Made by a program: the position numbers and the translations under genes. Shown in pieces: positions 21,008 to 27,994 of a DNA stretch of 48,041 bases. Each line of letters begins with the position of its first letter. The first letter of the stretch is position 1. Origin of the DNA: Chloroflexota bacterium (GTDB lineage: Bacteria; Chloroflexota; Dehalococcoidia; E44-bin15); assembly GCA_034189695.1 (NCBI GenBank), contig JAXHUA010000165.1, forward strand, positions 1 to 48,041. Reading direction: 5' to 3'. Below the pieces are notes generated by a model. The model did no database searches, was not told the origin of the DNA, and saw only the letters and a program-made list of their open reading frames with translations.

Positions 21008-22210
21008 GTGACATTGCCTCTTGCTGGCATCAAGGTGCTTGACATGACTCAGCATGCCTTTGGCCCGCGCGCGTCAGCATCGCTGGCCGAGATGGGGGCC
21101 GAGGTGATCAAGATCGAGAACGCTGCGGGCGGCGATCCGACCCGGGGTCTGGAGGACCTGAGGGGGGTGCCGGTTGGCAGCTTCAATCCCTATTACGAGC
21201 AGAACAACCGTGGAAAGAGGAGCATCGCCCTGAACCTGCGCGCCGACCGGGCGCGGGAGGTGGCGCACAAGCTGGTGGAGGGCTCCGACGTCTTCGTGAC
21301 CAACATACGCCTGGCCGCCCTGGAGCGGCTGGGAATGGACTACGAGACGCTGTCCAGGATCAATCCCGGGCTCATCTACACCGTCGGCACCGGCTGGGGG
21401 CTGAGGGGGCCGGCGCGGGACCGGGGCGCCTTCGAGGCCGCGGGTTTCACCGGCTCGGCGTTTGCCTCCAGCTTCGCCGAACCTGGCTCCCGTCCTCCAC
21501 TGTGTCCCCCGGCCGCGGGTGACTACATGGGATCGATGTTCCTGGCGTATGGCACCATGCTGGCGCTGTTTCACCGCCAGCGCACGGGTGAGGGACAGAT
21601 GGTGCACGCGTCTCTATTCGGCAGCTTCATATCGCTGGCGGCGTGTTGCGTGGACGTGTCGCTGGCGGCGGGGGAGGACATCTTCCTCGTGCCTCACGAG
21701 GAAGATGGTGCGTTCTACAGTATCTACAAGACCAGGGACGGCCGATGGATACAGCTCGCGCTGGTGCGGGACGAGCGTAGCTGGGCCGAGCTGTGTGAGG
21801 TCATGGAAATGCCTCACCTGATGGGCGACCGCAGGTTCGAGTCGGCGGAGGCGCGGGCGGAGAACAACGAAGCCGTGATGGCGATATTGGACGAGGCATT
21901 CCTGACCAGGGACCAGAGGGAATGGATCGCCCGCCTCGAGCGCTACAACTTCCCGTGGGCGCCGGTGCGGCACTTCACCGAGCTGGCCGAGGATCCGCAG
22001 GCGCTGGAGAATGGCTACATCGTGACGGTGGACGACGCGCAGGTCGGCGAGGTCAAGGTGGCTGGGCTTGCGGTCGAATTGAGCAGGACGCCCGGCAGGC
22101 TGGGGGCGAAGGCCCCCGAGCTGGGACAGCACACCGAGGACATCCTCCTCGAGCTGGGCTATAGCTGGGAGGACATAGCCGGGATGAAAGAGGAAGGCGC
22201 GATACTGTGA
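21008..22210 (+). CDS. CaiB/BaiF family (class III) CoA-transferase
   Basis: PLAGIKVLD, LAEMGAEVIKIE..GGDP.R, NRGKRSIALNL, catalytic-type GD in AAGDY, TGEGQMV, APELGQHT. Alternative start at 20981. Confidence 0.93.
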   Translation: MTLPLAGIKVLDMTQHAFGPRASASLAEMGAEVIKIENAAGGDPTRGLEDLRGVPVGSFNPYYEQNNRGKRSIALNLRADRAREVAHKLVEGSDVFVTNIRLAALERLGMDYETLSRINPGLIYTVGTGWGLRGPARDRGAFEAAGFTGSAFASSFAEPGSRPPLCPPAAGDYMGSMFLAYGTMLALFHRQRTGEGQMVHASLFGSFISLAACCVDVSLAAGEDIFLVPHEEDGAFYSIYKTRDGRWIQLALVRDERSWAELCEVMEMPHLMGDRRFESAEARAENNEAVMAILDEAFLTRDQREWIARLERYNFPWAPVRHFTELAEDPQALENGYIVTVDDAQVGEVKVAGLAVELSRTPGRLGAKAPELGQHTEDILLELGYSWEDIAGMKEEGAIL

Positions 22211-22247
22211 CCGTGATGGAACGCCAGAGGGAGAGGGGGAACGCGTC

Positions 22248-22541
22248 ATGACGCAGCAGGGGGATAGCGGCAAGAAGACGCCGGCGCAGAGCTTTGGTGA
22301 GATGTTCGAGGCGCTGGGGAACGCCATCGGGGAGATATTCAGAGACCCGGAGCTCCAGGAGAAGGCGAGGGGGTTTGGCAAGAGCGCCCGGGAGTCGGCG
22401 GAGTCGTTCGCCGGGAGGTTCAAGGACGAGGAGGTCAGGGAGAGGTTCCGGGAGGTGGGGAAGGCGGCGGAGGACTTCGGTCGCAGCGTAGCCGACCTGT
22501 TTGGCGAGGACAGAGAGAAGAAGGGTAAGGGCGAGTCCTAG
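22248..22541 (+). CDS. Hypothetical amphipathic helical protein
   Basis: 97 aa, purine-rich RBS. Internally repeated helix pattern (FRDPELQEKARGFGKSA / FKDEEVRERFREVGKAA). Confidence 0.65.
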   Translation: MTQQGDSGKKTPAQSFGEMFEALGNAIGEIFRDPELQEKARGFGKSARESAESFAGRFKDEEVRERFREVGKAAEDFGRSVADLFGEDREKKGKGES

Positions 22542-22602
22542 CGGCCTGCTGCAACGGCACGCCCGTGCCGGGGCAGCGGCCAGGGCCGCAACCCGATGTG
22601 GT

Positions 22603-23016
22603 TCAGACGGAGAAACCCAGGTAGGTCTTCCTGTCATCGCCGTCACCGCGCTCGATGAACTGCACGGTGAGAGGAATCCCGACCTCGATCGACTCCGGCT
22701 TACTGGCGTCAAGGCCCACGATGCGGGCGCTTATCTTGGGTCCCTCCTCGAGTTGAACGATGCCGGTGCAGTACGGATTGTCCCGGCCGTACCCCTCCTC
22801 AAGCATGGGCGTTGGCGCCACGGCTATGGTGGTGAAGGCGGCCAGCGTTCCGTTGCCCTTCATCTGCACCCACTCCATGCGATCGTTGTGGCAGGCAATG
22901 CAGATAGGCCGGGGCGGAAGGTACAGCGCGCCGCACTGCGTGCACCGCGACGCCATGAGCCTCCTCTCATTGAGGAACTGGTAGAAGGAAGCGCTGGTGA
23001 ACTCGCGATCCGGCAT
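22603..23016 (-). CDS. DUF35-type Zn-ribbon/OB-fold acyl-CoA-binding protein
   Basis: RCTQCGALYLPPRPICIAC and PYCTGIVQLEEGPKI. Directly downstream of the thiolase. Confidence 0.92.
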   Translation of the reverse strand: MPDREFTSASFYQFLNERRLMASRCTQCGALYLPPRPICIACHNDRMEWVQMKGNGTLAAFTTIAVAPTPMLEEGYGRDNPYCTGIVQLEEGPKISARIVGLDASKPESIEVGIPLTVQFIERGDGDDRKTYLGFSV

Positions 23017-23020
23017 CGAC

Positions 23021-24292
23021 CTACCGCCTTTCGAAGATGTGCACCACGCAGGTGCCGCCGGTGGCGCCCAGGTTGTGGGTCAGCGCCACGCGTATGTCCT
23101 TCCCCGGTACCTGGCGCGGTCCGGCGGTGCCGCGCATCTGGTGCCATATCTCCATCACCTGGCCGGCGCCCGAGGCGCCGACGGGGTGTCCCTTGGACTT
23201 CAGTCCTCCCGACGTGTTGACCGGTTTGGGCCCGTCACGGGCGGTCAGCCCCTGCTCGACCGCCCTCGGGCCTTCGCCAGGCGCGAAGAAGCCCAGGTCC
23301 TCGGTGGCCACGATCTCGGCGATGGTGAAGCAGTCGTGGACCTCGGCTATCTGAATGTCCTCGGCGGCGACGCCGGCCATGTCGTAGGCCTGGCGGGCGG
23401 CTATCCTGGTGGCCTCGATTGAGGTAAGGTCGTGGCGCTCGTGCAGGGCGTGGTCGCTTGCCTGACCGCTGCCGGCAATGTGGATCGGGGCGTCGGTGAA
23501 GCGCGGTGCCACGTCGTCTGCCGCCAGCAGGAGACACACCGCCCCGTCGGTGATGGGGGAGCAGTCGAACAGCCTCATGGGCCAGGCGACCACGGGGTTG
23601 GCCTGCGGGTCGTGGAGGAAGTCCATCTCGTCCCGCCACGCCGGCACCGGCTGACCGCGCTCCTGAGCCCGCTTGATGCGGGCGTTCATGATATCCCTGA
23701 GGCTGCTGTTGAACTGCGCCTTGGGGTTGAGCGCTCCATTGGCATGGTTCTTCAGCGCCACCTGCATGAAATGCTCCGTGGTCGTCCCGTAGCGGTGCAT
23801 GTGGGCGGTGGCGATGGCGGCATAGAAGCCGGGGAAGGTGAAGCCGGCGGGCGCTTCGTAAATCACGTCGCTGGCGGCGGCCAGGGTGTCGGTCACCCTC
23901 TCGGTGGGCAGATTGGTCATCTTCTCCACGCCGCCGACGAGGACGACATCGTACAGGCCGGAGGCCACGGCGATGATGCCCTCTCTGAGGGCGACGCCGC
24001 TTGAGGCGCAGGCGTCCTCCAGTCTGGTGGCTGGCCGGGGCACCAGGCCGACCCAGTCGGCCATGATGGGGGCGGTGTGGGCCTGTCCCTCGAACAGGTC
24101 GCTCGACAGGTTGCCCAGGTAGAGCGCCTCAATCGTCTCGGTGTGGATGCCCCGGTCGACCGAGCCCTTCATCTCCTTGAAGGCTTCGACGAAGAGGTCA
24201 CGGCTCGACTTGTCCCTGAAGGCGCCGAACCTGGACATCCCCGCGCCGACGAGGGTGACGCCTCGTGCCAGCCTGCGTTGTCGTTCGATCAT
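23021..24292 (-). CDS. SCP2-type thiolase (thiolase domain protein)
   Basis: EDACASSG, GGVEKM, DCSPITDGA, EVHDCFT, NTSGGLKSKGHPVGASG. Real start placed at ATG 24292, not 25021. Confidence 0.93.
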   Translation of the reverse strand: MIERQRRLARGVTLVGAGMSRFGAFRDKSSRDLFVEAFKEMKGSVDRGIHTETIEALYLGNLSSDLFEGQAHTAPIMADWVGLVPRPATRLEDACASSGVALREGIIAVASGLYDVVLVGGVEKMTNLPTERVTDTLAAASDVIYEAPAGFTFPGFYAAIATAHMHRYGTTTEHFMQVALKNHANGALNPKAQFNSSLRDIMNARIKRAQERGQPVPAWRDEMDFLHDPQANPVVAWPMRLFDCSPITDGAVCLLLAADDVAPRFTDAPIHIAGSGQASDHALHERHDLTSIEATRIAARQAYDMAGVAAEDIQIAEVHDCFTIAEIVATEDLGFFAPGEGPRAVEQGLTARDGPKPVNTSGGLKSKGHPVGASGAGQVMEIWHQMRGTAGPRQVPGKDIRVALTHNLGATGGTCVVHIFERR

Positions 24293-24316
24293 CAGATCCT
24301 GTGAACCTGCGGAATC

Positions 24317-24375
24317 GTGTCGGGGACGCGTGTCCCCGACACATCGATTGTAGCAGCGCCCGGTGCGCGCGTCAA
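24317..24375 (-). promoter_or_regulatory. Thiolase promoter and 5' inverted repeat
   Basis: Minus strand TTGACG, 17 bp, TG-extended TACAAT (24375-24347). Perfect 11-bp inverted repeat GTGTCGGGGAC-gcgt-GTCCCCGACAC (24317-24342). Confidence 0.7.
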
Positions 24376-24430
24376 AGGGCCTTTTGCACAGCGGCGTGCC
24401 GCCATTGCGAGTCAATGGGTGGAGCGTCGC

Positions 24431-24478
24431 TTGACATACGACTATCGTGCATGTATAGTGGTGCACGTTTACGCGTAC
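24431..24478 (+). promoter_or_regulatory. Near-consensus sigma70 promoter with a downstream palindromic operator
   Basis: TTGACA (24431-24436), 17 bp, TATAGT (24454-24459), followed by GTGCACGTTTACGCGTAC (24461-24478). Confidence 0.75.
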
Positions 24479-24493
24479 AGGAGGGTGCTCGCA

Positions 24494-25048
24494 ATGAGGG
24501 TTAGGCTGACGATCGCGGTGCTTGTCGGCGCAGTGGCCGTGTCCCTGTGGCTCTCGGGGGTTGCCAGTGCGGAGGAGACGGAGACGGTGAAGCCGGTGGT
24601 GTACGTGGTGGCAGAGTACGCGGGCAGCCTGGGTATGGATGGCGACATCGATGAGCAGGGCGTGATGGAGCTGGGCTTCGTGACGCCGGGGGGCGAGGCG
24701 GCGACGAAGACGCTGAACCTGAACGTGGGCGCCAATGCCGACTGGCGCCTCATGGTGACCACCACCCAGGACCTCACGGTCGGCGGGGGAGGGGTAAGCA
24801 TTCCCGCGGACGCATTCACGTTCACTTCGAGCGGTTGTGACGGCGCGACCTACGTGGAATCGGACACGCCTTTCCGTACGTCGGGCGACTCCGCTGGGGA
24901 GCAGGTTACCGTCGACGTGGTCACCGGCGGGCCCCAGACCGACGGCTGCGGCGTGGACGTGGTATACCGCCTGGAGGTGCCGGCGGCGCAGCCCGAGGGC
25001 TACTACTCGGCCGGCGACCACGTGTACACCCTGGTTGTGGGGGACTAG
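24494..25048 (+). CDS. Secreted WxL-like beta-sandwich surface protein
   Basis: 184 aa. Sec signal peptide ending in ASA, DWRL motif, C-terminal PEGYYS...VYTL. Confidence 0.6.
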   Translation: MRVRLTIAVLVGAVAVSLWLSGVASAEETETVKPVVYVVAEYAGSLGMDGDIDEQGVMELGFVTPGGEAATKTLNLNVGANADWRLMVTTTQDLTVGGGGVSIPADAFTFTSSGCDGATYVESDTPFRTSGDSAGEQVTVDVVTGGPQTDGCGVDVVYRLEVPAAQPEGYYSAGDHVYTLVVGD

Positions 25049-25073
25049 TCCCAGTCATAGGCAGCCAAAGGAA

Positions 25074-25102
25074 GAGGGCAGTCCCGCAGGGCCACTGCCC
25101 TC
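25074..25102 (+). terminator. Intergenic stem-loop between the two surface-protein genes
   Basis: 9-bp stem GAGGGCAGT/ACTGCCCTC. Confidence 0.45.
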
Positions 25103-25124
25103 CGTCTGTAAGTGGGGCAAGAGC

Positions 25125-26057
25125 GTGAACGGGGCGCGACGTTGCGGGTGGGTGCTGGTCCTGGCGGCGACGGTGGCCGTATTCGCCTTCGCCGGCGCGG
25201 CGCATGCCCAGGGAGGTATCCAGGTATCGCCGACACGGGTGGACATCACCGTCGACCAGGGCGGGCGGGCCAGCACGAATGTCACCGTCTGCAATCGCAG
25301 CGGCCAGGCGATGGGCGTTGTCGCGTACGTGATGGACTTCGACGCGGACTACGCGTTCTTCGAGCCCGGCGATGAGAGCTACTCGGCCGCCAGGTGGTTC
25401 GGCGTCAACGGGACGGACTGCGAACTCGGCCAGGGCGAGTGCCGGCGGATAGAGGTGGTCATAACCCCGCCAGCGCACGTGGAGCCGGGCGGTCACTACG
25501 CCGCCCTCTTCTTCCAGACGGCTGCCGCTGAAAGCGATGGTGGACTCTCTGTATCGGCACGCATCCCGGCGCTGTTCTACATCACGGTGCCGGGCGCGAC
25601 GGAGGCGGACGTCGTTGCCGATGCCGAGATAGCTTCCCTGATTCTGCCCGGCACTGTTGGCGGAAGGCCGGTGGAAGTGGGCGCGGTAGTGCGCAACACG
25701 GGCAACGTCCATCTGGGGGTGGCGGCCAGGGCGTATTTCGTTGACCTGTTGAACCGGCGCAGCGAGCTCGACCTGGGCCAGGCGCTGGTGCTTCCGGGGG
25801 GCGAGGCGCAGCTCAAAGGAACGTGGCCAGGAACACCATTCATAGGCCGGGTCAAGACCAGCGTCGTGATCGGGTTCGCCGACGAATCCGGGGCGCTGGT
25901 GAACAAGGCGCGGCGGGGTGGGTTCTGGGTGATTCCGTGGGTGCCCCTTGTCGCCGCAGGCGTGCCGCTGGTTGCGGTCGTGGCACTGGCCGTGGTGATG
26001 CGCAGGAGGTACCGTGTGAGGCTGGAGCGGCGCCCGGAACGGGAGACGCCTTCTTGA
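25125..26057 (+). CDS. DUF916-like (WxL-partner/PapD-like) membrane-anchored surface protein
   Basis: Signal peptide ending in AHA, VSPTRVDI, PGGHYAALFF, NTGNVH, C-terminal TM helix and basic tail. Confidence 0.7.
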   Translation: MNGARRCGWVLVLAATVAVFAFAGAAHAQGGIQVSPTRVDITVDQGGRASTNVTVCNRSGQAMGVVAYVMDFDADYAFFEPGDESYSAARWFGVNGTDCELGQGECRRIEVVITPPAHVEPGGHYAALFFQTAAAESDGGLSVSARIPALFYITVPGATEADVVADAEIASLILPGTVGGRPVEVGAVVRNTGNVHLGVAARAYFVDLLNRRSELDLGQALVLPGGEAQLKGTWPGTPFIGRVKTSVVIGFADESGALVNKARRGGFWVIPWVPLVAAGVPLVAVVALAVVMRRRYRVRLERRPERETPS

Positions 26058-26083
26058 CAGCCACAGGAGGTCTGTGGTAGATT
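26054..26083 (+). promoter_or_regulatory. Promoter upstream of the SARP regulator, implying a long leader
   Basis: TTGACA (26054-26059), 18 bp, TG-extended TAGATT (26078-26083). Confidence 0.6.
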
Positions 26084-26432
26084 CGCGCCAACCAGTTGGC
26101 GTCAGGCCATCCCGTCAGTCACCGGCACACCCAATGCTGGAGGATGGCACCCGCGCTACCGAGACACGTCCCTCGCGAGAGGGGAGCTCGCACCGCAGGT
26201 CATCTGAAGTGGAAACCGGCTAGATGATTGATGCCTCTCGCTGCAACCTGATTGGGCGTTCACTCCCGCACGCCGCAGCAACCTGGCCCCACTTCGTACT
26301 CATCTTCGACCATCGCTTCTGACGGATAAACAGGCGTGTTGGCGCGTCTTTTCGAAGGCATGGCGCAGTGGCGCCACCGCACCGGGGGCAGGGTCTCAAC
26401 GCATCTGGCCCGTGACCGAAAGGAGGGCGGCG

Positions 26433-27533
26433 ATGGAGGGTGCACGCGGAGTACATGGCTGGCCCGATGACGATTCGGGCAACCCGTGGCACCAGCTTGA
26501 GCTGAGCGTTCAGCTCCTGCGGCTGATGCAGAGCGACTATCAGCAGGCCAGGAGACACCTGGAGGATATCTGCAGCGCCTTCGGCGATAGGGAGCACATG
26601 ACCAGGCAGTACCTGCACACCGCGGTGGCGCTGGCCACACCGGCGGGAGTCCCCTCAGTCGGCCCGACCACCGTGTTGCCTTTCGTGCTCGGCGTTCCGT
26701 GCCGTCCTGCGCCTGTCATCGCTGCGCCGCAGATGGGGGCCGCCACCAGCCTGGGGCCGATGCAGGTCCGCTGCCTTGGCCGGTTCGAGGTCCGTCTTGG
26801 CTGGACCAAGGTGGAAACGTGGCGGAGCAGAAAGGCCAAGACGCTGTTGAAGTACCTCGTGGCCCAGGGCGGGCGACCGATACCCAAGGACGTGCTTATG
26901 GAGACCCTGTGGCCCGAAGCCGCCCCGCAGGCGGCCAACAATAGCCTCAAGGCGGCGGTGCATGCCCTGCGGCAGACGCTTGACCTGAGCGGCAGGGACA
27001 GCGCTGCTGGAGACGCCGCTTCCTACGTCCTGTTCGTCGAAGGCAACTACCTTCTCAATCCCGAGGTCGAGGTATGGATCGACGTGGATGAGTTTGAGCG
27101 CCAGTGGGCAGAGGGGCGCCGCCTGGACAGGGAGGGCCAGGTGTCCGAGGCGACAGCGTTGTATGCAGCCGCCGAACGGCTGTACATCGGAGACTTCCTC
27201 GAGGATGACCTCTACGAAGACTGGACGTTGCTGCGACGTGAAGCGCTCAAGGATACCTACCTGGCCGTACTGAGCAAGCTCAGTGACCGGGCGATGCGGG
27301 ACGACGATTGCGAAAGCTGCATAGTGTACTGCCAGAAGACCCTGGCCAAGGACCCCTGCCGCGAGGACGCATACCGCAGCCTGATGCAGTCCCACAGCAG
27401 GCTGGGACATCGCAGCCGGGCGCTGAACTGGTACGGGATATGCACGAAGACGTTGAACCTGGAGCTGGATACCGCCCCTGACGCGGAGACGGCTGCCCTC
27501 TATCAGCGCTTGCTCAAAGGCGAGGTCATCTAG
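26433..27533 (+). CDS. SARP/AfsR-family transcriptional activator (wHTH plus BTAD, no NB-ARC domain)
   Basis: VRCLGRFEV, KAKTLLKYL, LMETLWPE, LKAAVHALRQ, IDVDEF, LYIGDFL..WTL..RE, DPCREDAYRSLM. AAGGAGG RBS. Confidence 0.92.
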   Translation: MEGARGVHGWPDDDSGNPWHQLELSVQLLRLMQSDYQQARRHLEDICSAFGDREHMTRQYLHTAVALATPAGVPSVGPTTVLPFVLGVPCRPAPVIAAPQMGAATSLGPMQVRCLGRFEVRLGWTKVETWRSRKAKTLLKYLVAQGGRPIPKDVLMETLWPEAAPQAANNSLKAAVHALRQTLDLSGRDSAAGDAASYVLFVEGNYLLNPEVEVWIDVDEFERQWAEGRRLDREGQVSEATALYAAAERLYIGDFLEDDLYEDWTLLRREALKDTYLAVLSKLSDRAMRDDDCESCIVYCQKTLAKDPCREDAYRSLMQSHSRLGHRSRALNWYGICTKTLNLELDTAPDAETAALYQRLLKGEVI

Positions 27534-27629
27534 GCTTCGGCACGCCGCCCGGAGGTGGGCGCCGCCGGGCTCTTCCCCAGCTACACCAGCGATCCCCAGT
27601 CCTTCCATGCCCGTCGAATACGGGTGCGC

Positions 27630-27684
27630 ATTAACCCCGGATTAACCTCCCATTCACCCCTCTTTCACCGCTCGCTGCTAGCCT
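27630..27684 (+). promoter_or_regulatory. Putative SARP-activated promoter of the CIS operon
   Basis: ATTAACC, ATTAACC, ATTCACC and TTTCACC at 27630, 27641, 27652 and 27663 (11-bp period), then TGcTAGCCT extended -10 (27676-27684). No -35 box. Confidence 0.75.
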
Positions 27685-27775
27685 GCTTCTGGCTCATTGC
27701 AGCGAGCGACATGCCGAACCCTGGGCCGCTCGCCCTCATACTGTCTGTACGGGGTTCACACAGGAGACGATAGGC

Positions 27776-27994
27776 GTGGGATACTACAACTCCTTCGTGG
27801 TCAAGATCTGGTCTGAAGAGCCGGGAGGGAGAGTGAGAGGGCACATACAACACGTGAGCAGCCAGGAGAGCTGTAATTTCCTGGACCTGGACAAGATAGT
27901 GGAGTTCATCACGGCGCATCTGGGCCCGCCGTCGCCAGCCGGGGAACGGGAAGAGCTGGGTGACGCCATCCATGAGAACAGGAACGAGCGTTGA
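27776..27994 (+). CDS. Small hypothetical protein, first gene of the CIS operon
   Basis: 72 aa, SFVVKIW..RGHIQHV..F.DL...EFI. AGGAG RBS and TTGA overlap with the ATPase gene. Confidence 0.75.
   Translation: MGYYNSFVVKIWSEEPGGRVRGHIQHVSSQESCNFLDLDKIVEFITAHLGPPSPAGEREELGDAIHENRNER

Noticed and set aside
24293-25021. 243-aa N-terminal extension of the thiolase ORF, suggesting a fusion
   Set aside because: It is antisense to the WxL-like gene and crosses two clear promoters. Thiolase homology starts near 24292.
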